From contig CAXXJI010000008.1 in NCBI GenBank assembly GCA_963666035.2, forward strand, positions 22,715-86,714: 64,000 nucleotides of DNA. The letters are read 5' to 3'. The stretch's first letter is position 1; each line of letters begins with the position of its first letter. The notes under the pieces were generated by a model that was given only the letters and a program-made list of their open reading frames with translations, did not search any database and had not been told where the DNA came from. Below, piece after piece: positions 8,743 through 18,410 of this stretch. Position numbers and translations under genes: made by a program. The DNA is from Christensenellaceae bacterium. GTDB taxonomy: Bacteria > Bacillota > Clostridia > Christensenellales > CALMFG01.

Positions 8743-10557
8743 ATGGCAAATAAGAATAAAAAACCAATATATTATAAACCGAGTAAAAAGCCGGTTAAAA
8801 AGCGGTATTTCCTTTTGCTGCTGGTCATCCCCGTGGTCCTCGCAGGGTTTTGGCTGATCGTGCACGCCCGGGCGCGCTTGGAGGTGATTACCGAATCACC
8901 GACAGCGGATGCCGAGATGGCAGTACCGCCGACGCCGCAGGTATTGTCCGACAACGAAGGATATGCTGAGGAGGCGTTTGTTACCAAACCGACCGCATTT
9001 TCCTATTCTGATCCCAAAAATTTTGGGTTCAAGTCTTTTCTGATGTTTGCGGGAGAGGACGTGGAAGCATTTGATCGGGATACGGTTTTGCGCTACCCGA
9101 GATCGGAGGAGTATACCAGCCTCGCCGGCATCACCACCTATCGGGGAACCAATTATCGCGATTCCGCGACATTTGGCAGTGCGAGAATCAACGAGAAAAT
9201 CATGAGTATTCTGTGGACGCACGACCTGCCCGATTTTCCACTGACCGGCCAGCAGGACGGGACAGCCCAGCCGCTGATTGTTCAATGGCCGGCGGATGTG
9301 ATGGAGACCATGACATTTAAAACGGCCAAAAAGAACAAGATTCAACTGACCGAAGTGATTTTTGCCGATAAGTCCGGCGATATATATTTTGTCGATTTGG
9401 ACGATGGAGAATACACTCGCACACCCATGCCGACCATCGCCTATACCGAAGGTACGCCCACGCTGGATCCGCGCGGAATTCCGCTGTTGTTCGTGGGCCA
9501 GTCGATTCAGGAGGACGGGGATACCGAAAAGTCACATTACCAGTACCTGTATGTCTATGATCTGATCCAAAACAAGCGTGTTTATCGATTTGGCTCGTCT
9601 TCGATTGAGCCTTTTTCCAACAACACATGGCAGGGGTTCACCGGCTCTCCTTTGGTCTATGACGATCGTGTGGCGATACTGGGTGAGTCCGGTATCCTAT
9701 ACACCTACCGTATCGGGGCGGATTTTGATATGGCGGCGGGTGAGGTTTATATTGATGAAGAACCTGAATTAGGGAAATATAAATACGAGAACGAATCGAC
9801 GGGCTATTATGTGACCGATGATGAAACGACCGAAACGGAAGCCGACAGAATCAAAAGCGGTTCAATCGGTTCTCTGACCGGATATAAGGACTATGTGTTT
9901 TTTACAGACCGCTCGGGTTTTCTGCAGTGCGTTGATATCAATCATCTTTCTTTGGTTTATGCGGTCAATTTGGCGGGCGACGGAGACGCCACTTTGAACA
10001 TTGAGGACGATGGCGAAGACAGCGACGATTTTTATCTTTACTCGGGAACACGGCTGAGTTTTGAAACTGATGCGGATACGATTGCGGAAGCACAAACCGT
10101 GTATTTTAGGAAAATTGAGGGACTAACCGGGAAAGTGCTCTGGGAAAAGCCTTATGACGTGTATGCCAATGAGGACTACCGTGCCGGCATGGCGGAGACT
10201 GCGCTGATCGGTAAAAACAGCCTTTCTAAGTATATCTATTATGCGGTGATGGGGCAGCAGAGCACCGGATATACGACGGTGGTTTGCGCTAACAAGCGCA
10301 ACGGGGAAACGGTTTGGGAATATCCGATTTATGCGGGGGCGAAATCGGTTCCGGTTGCCATGTATGATAAAACGGGCAAAGGCTATGTCATCATGTGTGA
10401 TCTTGCCGGTCATGTGCATTTTCTGGACGGAGAAACAGGCGAAATCATCAACCGCTTGATATTGGAATCGGGCATTGACGGTTGCCCTGCGGTATTTAAC
10501 AATAAAATTGTGGTACATTTGAATAATGATACGCTGGTATGCGTAAAAGTAGAATAG
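8743..10557 (+). CDS. Membrane-anchored PQQ-like/BamB-like beta-propeller repeat protein
   Basis: N-terminal TM (YFLLLLVIPVVLAGFWLIV). Recurrent propeller-blade-like segments (..GDIYFVDL.., ..GFLQCVD.., ..GETVWEY.., ..GHVHFLDGETGE..). Confidence 0.45.
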   Translation: MANKNKKPIYYKPSKKPVKKRYFLLLLVIPVVLAGFWLIVHARARLEVITESPTADAEMAVPPTPQVLSDNEGYAEEAFVTKPTAFSYSDPKNFGFKSFLMFAGEDVEAFDRDTVLRYPRSEEYTSLAGITTYRGTNYRDSATFGSARINEKIMSILWTHDLPDFPLTGQQDGTAQPLIVQWPADVMETMTFKTAKKNKIQLTEVIFADKSGDIYFVDLDDGEYTRTPMPTIAYTEGTPTLDPRGIPLLFVGQSIQEDGDTEKSHYQYLYVYDLIQNKRVYRFGSSSIEPFSNNTWQGFTGSPLVYDDRVAILGESGILYTYRIGADFDMAAGEVYIDEEPELGKYKYENESTGYYVTDDETTETEADRIKSGSIGSLTGYKDYVFFTDRSGFLQCVDINHLSLVYAVNLAGDGDATLNIEDDGEDSDDFYLYSGTRLSFETDADTIAEAQTVYFRKIEGLTGKVLWEKPYDVYANEDYRAGMAETALIGKNSLSKYIYYAVMGQQSTGYTTVVCANKRNGETVWEYPIYAGAKSVPVAMYDKTGKGYVIMCDLAGHVHFLDGETGEIINRLILESGIDGCPAVFNNKIVVHLNNDTLVCVKVE

Positions 10558-10565
10558 AGGGAAAA

Positions 10566-11345
10566 ATGGAAAAAGAAAAATACAGCAATGAAACACAGGA
10601 CATCATTTTTGGGCGAAACAGTGTAAAAGAAGCGATTAAGTCGAGACGTCCGATCAATAAGGTTTTTGTCGCCAAAGGCAGTCATGACGGCAGTTTAGCC
10701 GAAATTGTGCGGCTGGCGAAGGACAATCGATTGGTGATCATTGAAGTTGCCAAGAGTAAATTGGACGAGATGTGCCTGCCTTTTGGTCACAGCGGACAGA
10801 CCGGGAACCATCAGGGCATCGCTGCCGCATTGTCGCCGCATGAGTATGTTGAGGTATCGGATATTTTGGATGCGGCCAAAGCCAAAAGTGAGTCTCCGTT
10901 TGTGATTGTACTGGATGGGGTGACAGATACTAATAATTTTGGGTCTATCATCCGCTCTGCCGAAGCGATGGGGGTACACGGCATTGTCATCGGCAAGCGG
11001 CGTTCAGCGCCGGTGAATGCGGCGGTGGATAAGGCTTCCTCGGGAGCGCTGAGCCACATGAAGATTGCCAGAGTGCCCAATATCACAGCGGCGATTAAAG
11101 AGCTGAAAGATGCGGGTGTTTGGGTGCTGGGCGCGGTACAGGGCGAAACTACATTGCGCCAAACCAATATGAAAGGTCCGCTGGCCATCGTTATCGGATC
11201 GGAAGAAGACGGCATCTCACGGCTGGTACGCGAGACATGCGACTATTTGGCTGCGATCCCGATGAAAGGTAAAACCGAATCGCTGAACGCGGCCGTGGCC
11301 GCGGCGATTGCCATCTATGAAAAATGTGAGCAGGATCGCGCATGA
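10566..11345 (+). CDS. rlmB: 23S rRNA (guanosine-2'-O)-methyltransferase, SpoU/TrmH family (RlmB-like)
   Basis: Motifs LDGVTDTNNFGSIIRSAEAMG, IVIGSEEDGISR and IPMKGKTESLNAAVAAAIAIYE. GAGGG RBS before ATG 10566. Confidence 0.8.
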   Translation: MEKEKYSNETQDIIFGRNSVKEAIKSRRPINKVFVAKGSHDGSLAEIVRLAKDNRLVIIEVAKSKLDEMCLPFGHSGQTGNHQGIAAALSPHEYVEVSDILDAAKAKSESPFVIVLDGVTDTNNFGSIIRSAEAMGVHGIVIGKRRSAPVNAAVDKASSGALSHMKIARVPNITAAIKELKDAGVWVLGAVQGETTLRQTNMKGPLAIVIGSEEDGISRLVRETCDYLAAIPMKGKTESLNAAVAAAIAIYEKCEQDRA

Positions 11346-11761
11346 ACCGAAGTCACACACTTCTGATCGTGGATGGATATAATATTCTAAACAGCTGGCA
11401 GTTGACGCGCGGTCGTATTAATCTGGAAGCAGCGCGGGAGGACCTGACCGAGATACTGTCTGATTTTGGCGGATACCGTGGGATGGATATCGTTTTGGTG
11501 TATGATGCACACCAAACGGATTCGGCAGGGATGGAGGAGATGTTAGGTAACTTGACAGTCATCTATACCCAGCCAGGTGAAACAGCGGACAGCCGCATCG
11601 AGCGGATGATACAATCGGTGGTGAAAAAATACCGGCAGGTGACGGTGGCGACCGCCGACTATGCGCTGCAAATGTTTGTACTGGGCGCGGGGGCGCTCCG
11701 TATGACCCCGCAGGAGCTGAAGATGCTGGTGGAGCAGGAACGGGGACGGATGATTGAGTAA
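11342..11761 (+). CDS. yacP: NYN-domain ribonuclease, YacP/Rae1 family
   Basis: LLIVDGYNILNSW N-terminus. Conserved rlmB-yacP synteny as in Bacillus. 4-nt overlap with rlmB. Confidence 0.75.
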   Translation: MNRSHTLLIVDGYNILNSWQLTRGRINLEAAREDLTEILSDFGGYRGMDIVLVYDAHQTDSAGMEEMLGNLTVIYTQPGETADSRIERMIQSVVKKYRQVTVATADYALQMFVLGAGALRMTPQELKMLVEQERGRMIE

Positions 11762-12632
11762 AACACCTTGGGCATATCAATGTGTGTGCGAAAACGGATG
11801 CGTTGTTGTACAGGATATCGGCATAGACCTTCACAATACGCTTGAATCGGGGCAGGTTTTCCGGTGGCGGGCGGGGGATGAAGGTTTTTTTGGTGTGGTG
11901 GCAGGACGAAGGATAAAAGCTGAAACGAGGGAAACGGATTTAATCCTTTCGGGTGTGGATGCGGACTTTTTTGAGTCCGTTCTTGCGCACTATTTTGACC
12001 TTGAAACTGATTACCGAAAAGTGCTGGCAGGTTTTAAAGAGGATGCAATCCTGGACGCCAGTATGGCGTTTGCGCCGGGCATCCGCATGCTGAATCAGGA
12101 ACCATTTGAGACGCTGATTTCATTTATCATCAGTGCAAATAACAATGTTAAGCGCATTATGTCCATCGTCCAGCGATTAAGCGAACGGTACGGTGAGGCA
12201 TTTATCAGCGGCGGGGAAACTCACTACGCTTTTCCTACGCCTCGGGCTTTGGCGAACGCGCACGAAGCCGATCTGCGGGCATGCGGTACAGGGTATCGGG
12301 CGCAGTATATTATCGGTTCGGCTCGAGCAGTTGCAGAGGGGTTTGATCTGAATGCGCAAAGAGAGCGCCCGTATCTGGAAGCGCGAAAGGCGTTGACGAC
12401 CTTACCGGGGGTGGGCAACAAGGTGGCCGACTGTATTTTACTATATGCGCTGGGGTTCAAAAACGCGTTTCCGATGGATGTGTGGGTCAAGCGTATTGTC
12501 CATGATCTATATGGATTCGGTTCTAAAAAGGATGCGGATGTGCTGAAGTTTGTGGCGGAAAAGTTTGGCGAGAATGCGGGAATTGCACAGCAATACCTGT
12601 TCTATTACGCAAAAGCGAACAAAATGCGCTAA
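11754..12632 (+). CDS. ogg: 8-oxoguanine DNA glycosylase/AP lyase (HhH-GPD, Ogg type)
   Basis: GQVFRW N-terminal motif, HhH-GPD LTTLPGVGNKVADCILLYAL with Lys, and downstream PMDVW Asp. Start codon (TTG 11754 or GTG further in) is uncertain. Confidence 0.75.
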   Translation: MSKTPWAYQCVCENGCVVVQDIGIDLHNTLESGQVFRWRAGDEGFFGVVAGRRIKAETRETDLILSGVDADFFESVLAHYFDLETDYRKVLAGFKEDAILDASMAFAPGIRMLNQEPFETLISFIISANNNVKRIMSIVQRLSERYGEAFISGGETHYAFPTPRALANAHEADLRACGTGYRAQYIIGSARAVAEGFDLNAQRERPYLEARKALTTLPGVGNKVADCILLYALGFKNAFPMDVWVKRIVHDLYGFGSKKDADVLKFVAEKFGENAGIAQQYLFYYAKANKMR

Positions 12633-12773
12633 AAAAAGCTTTTTCAGCGTAAGGAAAGGTGAAAACAGCGTATAAAAGTTTGTTAATGTTTGACAAAGCC
12701 GCTTTAAAAACGCTATAATGACCATATATATAGATAAAGTTCACGGAAAATCATGAAAGGATTTTAAAGTGAA

Positions 12774-14795
12774 ATGAAAAGGTCTTATTTATTTAAGGCC
12801 GTGGGGGTTTTAATCATACTGGTGCTCTTCTTTGCGTTGCCGACTGTGGCTTTTGCGGAGGACACCGAGACCGTCGATGATATCGGCGAGTTTCTTGATC
12901 GTATTCCGGGATTTGGCGATGGCGATACTTATATTCCGGATATTCCTGCGGACCTGGAACCAGGTACATTTTATATCAATATGTTTGCATACGAGCAGAG
13001 TGTGCTCGCAGACGAAAAGTTTGCGCTGATTATTTCTTATGCCTATTCAGGCCAATCCATCAGCGCGGCCAATAGCCCAACGCTCAAACTTACTCTATCA
13101 GAAGAAATTAAATACATTGAGTTTTATGATGAGGATCTTTCGCCCATCTCGGCGGAGGTGAGTATTTTGGATACCGACGAACAGTCGGTGATCTTCCATT
13201 TGGACGGCCCGATTGCAGCCGGCACCATCGGCAATATCATCGCGGTGGCCAAGCTGGACGGAGAGCTCTTGGACAGCACAGACACACCATATGCCGAGGC
13301 TGAAATATCGGCCACAGGAACCGGAATTGCCGAAACGGGACAAGTGTTTGTCGATCCGGTTACCAATCCTTCCGACTGGATGCTGCTGCTCTATAAGGAT
13401 TACCCATTGACCGATCCGGCACCGGACGGCGAAGTGACCTACGGCGTGACGCTGTACGGCAACTCGGAGGAAAATGGGCTTGACCTTGGAAACGTCGCGA
13501 TTGAGGTAAGCTACCCACAGTACGCGGAAGTGCTGGATGCGGGCGGGGGGACATTGGACGAGACCAATCATACGATTACCTGGCAGCACGGCAGTTTGCT
13601 GATTGAGGAAATGGCTGAACGCTGGTTTACCTTGCGGTATCCGGCCGAGTACTATACCAACGGCGCGGTGATGATCGGCGGAAAACTAAATTCGGCAGAC
13701 CTTTCGGCCAAAGCTTCGGCAAACGTCAGCGGGATGCAGGGCGTTTTTAATACCACAGCCAAACTATCACATGCATTCGCCGCACCGACGGTGAAATTAG
13801 GTGCAGTGCATTCGGGCGAATCGCTGGATGCGGATACCTATTGCGCCGGCGAGCTCGCGACATATACCATCTACGGGATGGAGAACAAAGGCAACGTCAA
13901 CTTCCAAAAAGCGACAATCATGGTGGATTTGCCGGATGACCTTTTTTTGCAGTATGTGGACACGGGTGAATTTAATATGGACGTCAATGTCAAGATTCAG
14001 TATCAGGTGGAAGGCATTGACGGTTGGAAGGACTGGGCAACGGTTTCGGCACTGAAAAGCACCCGACTTAAGGTAACCGATCTTGACTTTATCATCCCGC
14101 TGGATAAAATTCGGTGGGTGTTTACCGAGGGCAATGAGACGATTAAACCGGGGTTCTCAGGCAGGGATACCATCAAGTTCTACGCTAATGTCATTGGCAA
14201 TTACGGCAATGATACCGATGTTTCCGCACTGCTTCAAGCCTGGTCTTTCGAGAATACCGCAGTCAGCGCATACAGCGGTGACGTTCTAAAAATCCGCACC
14301 ATTCTGCCGGATGATCTGCCCGAATGGCGGCGCGAGATTGTGGAGACGTCGTTTATTCTGCAAGGCAAAGTGGAGTATTATCTCGGCGGAAAATCCTATG
14401 TGATCGGTTGGGACGACCGCTGGGGCGAAGTGCGGTACAACTCAAGTTCGGGCAAGACTGAACCCTATGGATTGGACTGCAGCGGATTTGCGGTCTGGGT
14501 TTTAATCAATGCAGGATTCAATTCGACCGAAGTGCGAAATAACTTTGGCATTGCGACATACTATCAGTGGCCAAACTGTTCGCCGCTGACTGTGGATGAA
14601 ATACTGCCCGGCGATATGGTGTTCCGTCAGCCGCCATCCGCAGGCGGCATGAACCACGTGGGCATCGTGGTGGGCAGGGACAAAAGCGGCACCTTGTTGG
14701 TGGCGCACTGTGCGGGCTCCTACAACACGGTAGTCGTGACACCATATGACGGGACGTTCTACTACATGAGAAGGCCGTATATTTATAACGACTAA
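12774..14795 (+). CDS. Secreted cell-wall hydrolase with a C-terminal NlpC/P60 domain
   Basis: Signal peptide ...TVAFA. C-terminal GLDCSGFAVWV (Cys) and HVGIVVG (His). Confidence 0.7.
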   Translation: MKRSYLFKAVGVLIILVLFFALPTVAFAEDTETVDDIGEFLDRIPGFGDGDTYIPDIPADLEPGTFYINMFAYEQSVLADEKFALIISYAYSGQSISAANSPTLKLTLSEEIKYIEFYDEDLSPISAEVSILDTDEQSVIFHLDGPIAAGTIGNIIAVAKLDGELLDSTDTPYAEAEISATGTGIAETGQVFVDPVTNPSDWMLLLYKDYPLTDPAPDGEVTYGVTLYGNSEENGLDLGNVAIEVSYPQYAEVLDAGGGTLDETNHTITWQHGSLLIEEMAERWFTLRYPAEYYTNGAVMIGGKLNSADLSAKASANVSGMQGVFNTTAKLSHAFAAPTVKLGAVHSGESLDADTYCAGELATYTIYGMENKGNVNFQKATIMVDLPDDLFLQYVDTGEFNMDVNVKIQYQVEGIDGWKDWATVSALKSTRLKVTDLDFIIPLDKIRWVFTEGNETIKPGFSGRDTIKFYANVIGNYGNDTDVSALLQAWSFENTAVSAYSGDVLKIRTILPDDLPEWRREIVETSFILQGKVEYYLGGKSYVIGWDDRWGEVRYNSSSGKTEPYGLDCSGFAVWVLINAGFNSTEVRNNFGIATYYQWPNCSPLTVDEILPGDMVFRQPPSAGGMNHVGIVVGRDKSGTLLVAHCAGSYNTVVVTPYDGTFYYMRRPYIYND

Positions 14796-14876
14796 TCAGA
14801 GGGCTTGAAAAAAAGAACCTCCAAACTTAAAAAAGACAGCGTTTGTGCTTGACGCTGCCTTTTGCTTTTTCGGTTA

Positions 14877-15497
14877 TTATGTGTATTTCACCACAAGCGT
14901 GGCGGCATCGATGCAAAACTGCATGTCTTTCTCGCCTAGACTGGCTTTATAGTATTGCTTTTCCGCATTGACTGCCGTGATTTTCTCCAGCATATCCTTT
15001 GCGTCCCCTTGGGCAATTTCCTCGGCCGAACGGTATCCTGCGTCATAGAACATCCGCGCCGCCACCGCGCCCACGCCGTTGATGCGCGTGAGATCACAAA
15101 GGCAAGTCAACTCCCAGTCCAGCGGCTTTTCGCTCTCAAACACGTCCTTGGCTGTCTTAATGCCCTGATTCTGCAAGCCTACGATCAGTGCGCTGTCCAG
15201 CCCCGGGAAGTCGGCGATCTTTACCGGATTGGCGGTAAGGCTCCCCATCTCCCGCCGCAGGATATTGAGGTATTCGGTCGGAACGCCGGTTTTTTCGGCA
15301 AACACTGCCAGCTTGTCCGGCTGGGCAAGCTTTTTTTTAAGTGTGTCCAGATCGGTGATGCCTTGGGCTTCAATCGCGGCAAATCGCGTATCGATCTCCT
15401 CCCATAGAATCTGACGGCTGGGGAGAAGATTTTGGGTTTTTAGCAATGCTTTGTATTCACTGAGTGATATTTTGGCTACGGGGATGCTGTAGGACAT
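14877..15497 (-). CDS. Helix-hairpin-helix (DUF4332-like) protein
   Basis: AAGGAG RBS 7 nt before ATG 15497. HhH-like segment LTRINGVGAVAARMFYDAGY. The longer ORF-track start has no RBS. Confidence 0.45.
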   Translation of the reverse strand: MSYSIPVAKISLSEYKALLKTQNLLPSRQILWEEIDTRFAAIEAQGITDLDTLKKKLAQPDKLAVFAEKTGVPTEYLNILRREMGSLTANPVKIADFPGLDSALIVGLQNQGIKTAKDVFESEKPLDWELTCLCDLTRINGVGAVAARMFYDAGYRSAEEIAQGDAKDMLEKITAVNAEKQYYKASLGEKDMQFCIDAATLVVKYT

Positions 15498-15705
15498 AGG
15501 GGGGCTCCTTAAAAAAGGCATATAAATTATTATACAGTATATTACAAATCGTATCAATGATTGCACATGACTATAAGTGTATGAGTATTTACAATGAAGG
15601 TTTATATGATATAATAATTTGATTATAAATCAGTATTATCTTTCGCATTTGCGATGCAGATTGAACTTCAAATTTGGTTTAATTACAGGACAGGGAAAAT
15701 AATGT

Positions 15706-17163
15706 ATGCTTTTTAACTCATTCCAGTACCTTATTTTTTTGCCCATGGTGGTGGTGGTCTATTATCTGTTGCCGCAAAAGTGGCGGTGGGTGCTGCTTTT
15801 GGAGGCCAGCTACTATTTCTATATGGTCTGGAACGCCAAGTATATCATTCTTATCGTCATATCCACTCTGATCGACTACTTTGCCAGCCTGATGATGGAA
15901 AAGCAGGACGCGAAAAAAAAGCGCCGGCTGTTTTTGTTGCTCAGTTTGTTTTCCAATCTGGGGCTGTTATTTGTTTTTAAGTATTTCAACTTTTTCAGCG
16001 GTGCCTATAATCAATTGATGGACATCCTGTTTCATCGCGGGCAGGATGCCTACAGCCTGAATATTCTGCTGCCTATGGGCATCTCTTTTTATACCTTCCA
16101 GACACTAAGTTATACCATCGACGTTTATCGGGGCGTACGTCCGGCCGAAAAGCACTTGGGCTATTTTGCGCTGTACGTCAGCTTTTTCCCGCAGCTGGTG
16201 GCGGGGCCCATCGAGCGCAGTGAGCGCTTACTGCCGCAGTTTAAGGTCAAGCATACCCTCACCTATGAGGAATTTTTGCAGGCCATGATGCGTATCGTGT
16301 GGGGCTTCTTTAAAAAAGTGGTCATCGCCGACCGTGTCGCCGTTTTGGTCAATACGGTCTATAATGATGTGTATAGCTATGATGGCATCTATCTGTATGC
16401 GGCAACGCTCGGGTTCGCTGTGCAGATCTACTGCGATTTCTCGGCCTATTCGGATATCGCTATCGGTTCGGCCAGACTGCTCGGCATCGAGCTGATGGAA
16501 AACTTTAAGATGCCGTATTTCTCCCGTTCGGTGGGCGAGTTTTGGAGCCGCTGGCACATCTCACTTTCCACATGGTTTCGGGACTATCTGTATATTCCGC
16601 TGGGCGGAAATCGAAACAACCGAGTTTGGATGACGTACCGCAATCTTTTGATTGTCTTTGTGGTCAGCGGGCTTTGGCACGGCGCCAACTGGACGTTTAT
16701 CCTATGGGGACTGATGCACGGGCTTGCGTTGGCGGCGGAAAAACTGCTCGAGCGCGGACGGGAAACTCACCCCCAAAGCAAATGGAGCCGGATAAAAATC
16801 CCGTCATTTATCCATCAGCTTTTGACCTTTGTGTTTGTCTCGCTTTCCTGGGTGCTGTTTCGGGCGAACAGCCTGAAGGATGCGGTCTATATCTATGGGC
16901 ACTTAAAGCTGAACAACGTACGGCAGATGCTGGTGCCCGGGCACCTTGGCGTGGGGCTTGACAAGAAGGAAATCATTCTGCTGGCGGGCTGCGTGCTTGG
17001 CTTGTTTGCCTATGAAGCCTATCGATTTTTTGGGAGAAAGGAGCGAAAGATTGAAAATGATACATTGCAGGGGATTGCGGTGGTGATTCTGGCCGCTTTT
17101 GTTCTGCTGTTCGGATACTATGGGCTGTACGAGCCTTCCGAATTTATATATTTTCAATTTTAG
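15706..17163 (+). CDS. MBOAT family O-acyltransferase (AlgI/DltB-like)
   Basis: FWSRWHISLSTWFRDYLYIPLGGNR with the catalytic His. Polytopic membrane protein. Confidence 0.85.
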   Translation: MLFNSFQYLIFLPMVVVVYYLLPQKWRWVLLLEASYYFYMVWNAKYIILIVISTLIDYFASLMMEKQDAKKKRRLFLLLSLFSNLGLLFVFKYFNFFSGAYNQLMDILFHRGQDAYSLNILLPMGISFYTFQTLSYTIDVYRGVRPAEKHLGYFALYVSFFPQLVAGPIERSERLLPQFKVKHTLTYEEFLQAMMRIVWGFFKKVVIADRVAVLVNTVYNDVYSYDGIYLYAATLGFAVQIYCDFSAYSDIAIGSARLLGIELMENFKMPYFSRSVGEFWSRWHISLSTWFRDYLYIPLGGNRNNRVWMTYRNLLIVFVVSGLWHGANWTFILWGLMHGLALAAEKLLERGRETHPQSKWSRIKIPSFIHQLLTFVFVSLSWVLFRANSLKDAVYIYGHLKLNNVRQMLVPGHLGVGLDKKEIILLAGCVLGLFAYEAYRFFGRKERKIENDTLQGIAVVILAAFVLLFGYYGLYEPSEFIYFQF

Positions 17164-17172
17164 GTGTTTTGT

Positions 17173-18225
17173 ATGAGAATCAAGCATACCGTGAAAATCT
17201 TACTGCTCTTTTTGTTGTTTTTTGGGCTGCTTTTCTGGCTGAACCAGATCACAACGCCCGACCGTGTCGGCGATGCGCCCTGGGGCGAGTATTATGCGTT
17301 GCCGGATGATACGCTGGATGTATTGTTCGTCGGGTCTTCCAAAGTCAACCACACGTTTAATCCGGTGGTGATCAACAACGCACTGGAGATGGATGCCTAC
17401 AGCCTGTCCGCGCATGGCATCGGGATGGACGAAAGCTATTATGTGCTAAGGGAAGCGTTTAAGACTCAGTCGCCTAAAATCGTGGCGCTTGAGCTGTATT
17501 CGGCTAAACCGGTCGCTGAAAATAGCAACGACCGCGCACCACTGCACCGCGTTTATGATGACATGCGACTTTCGCCGAATAAAGCTGAGGCGATTTTGAG
17601 TAAAGTGCCGATAAAAGAGAGCCTGGAGTACTTTATCCCGTTTACCATCAATCATAGCCGTTGGAAGGATTTGAGTTTTCAGGACTTCTTCCTACTTGGC
17701 AGAAAAGCGCCTGCGTATACACGGTTTTTTGGGTATTATATCGTGGAATACAATGTCCCGCCAAGTGAGTTTACGATTCCGCCGCAAGATTATATGGATG
17801 ATACCGCAAAGATTATGCCGGACAGCGGAACCATGCAAACGCTGGAGCGAATCACTGCACTTTGTAAGGAAAACGGTGCACAGTTGGTCTATGTGGTCTC
17901 TCCGGGTTACGGCGAGGAAAAGTTCGGCTATGCAGATATGCATCGTCTGGTAAATGGATTGACACCTTATGCCGAAGCCGAAGGTATTATGATATGGGAT
18001 TACCATCGTCTGCTGCTGGATGGCGAGATGCAATATCAAGACTTCACCGACTCGCATCATACAGACACCCTTGGTGCGGACAAGGTCAGCCGCGCTTTCG
18101 CTGAGGATGTCGGCTATACTTTTGACGGTCTTTTGGCGGGATGTACTCAGGATTGGGATATCTCGGAGATGGCTGAGAAGTATACGGGGATTTTTGAGGA
18201 GCTGCAAAAAGGGAAAGAGGAATAG
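17173..18225 (+). CDS. AlgJ/DHHW/DltD-like partner of the MBOAT acyltransferase
   Basis: N-terminal TM, FTDSHHTD motif, and location immediately downstream of the MBOAT gene. GGTG RBS before ATG 17173. Confidence 0.5.
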   Translation: MRIKHTVKILLLFLLFFGLLFWLNQITTPDRVGDAPWGEYYALPDDTLDVLFVGSSKVNHTFNPVVINNALEMDAYSLSAHGIGMDESYYVLREAFKTQSPKIVALELYSAKPVAENSNDRAPLHRVYDDMRLSPNKAEAILSKVPIKESLEYFIPFTINHSRWKDLSFQDFFLLGRKAPAYTRFFGYYIVEYNVPPSEFTIPPQDYMDDTAKIMPDSGTMQTLERITALCKENGAQLVYVVSPGYGEEKFGYADMHRLVNGLTPYAEAEGIMIWDYHRLLLDGEMQYQDFTDSHHTDTLGADKVSRAFAEDVGYTFDGLLAGCTQDWDISEMAEKYTGIFEELQKGKEE

Positions 18226-18258
18226 CCATAATAAACTGAGCGTCTGTATATACTAAAA

Positions 18259-18284
18259 GCCACTAGAATCATAGTGGCTTTTTT
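18259..18284 (+). terminator. Rho-independent terminator of the MBOAT operon
   Basis: GCCACTAgaatcaTAGTGGC plus TTTTTT. The T-run abuts the att repeat. Confidence 0.65.
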
Positions 18285-18331
18285 GGTACACCCGACAAGA
18301 TTTGAACTTGCGACCTTACGAGTCGGAGTCG
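18282..18331. repeat. att repeat (distal copy): 50 bp identical to the 3' part of tRNA-Arg at 56058..56107
   Basis: 50/50 identity; sequence diverges immediately on both sides. Confidence 0.9.
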
Positions 18332-18385
18332 GTATCGAAGCCCTTAAAATGGGGATTTTTTGACTAATTGAGGACAGTTTTAGGA

Positions 18386-18410
18386 CTAAAAATGAAAGAA
18401 CGGATGTTCT
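18386..18410 (-). terminator. Possible short terminator after the ~600-aa gene
   Basis: Minus strand reads AGAACatccGTTCT then TTCATTTTT, overlapping the stop codon. Confidence 0.35.
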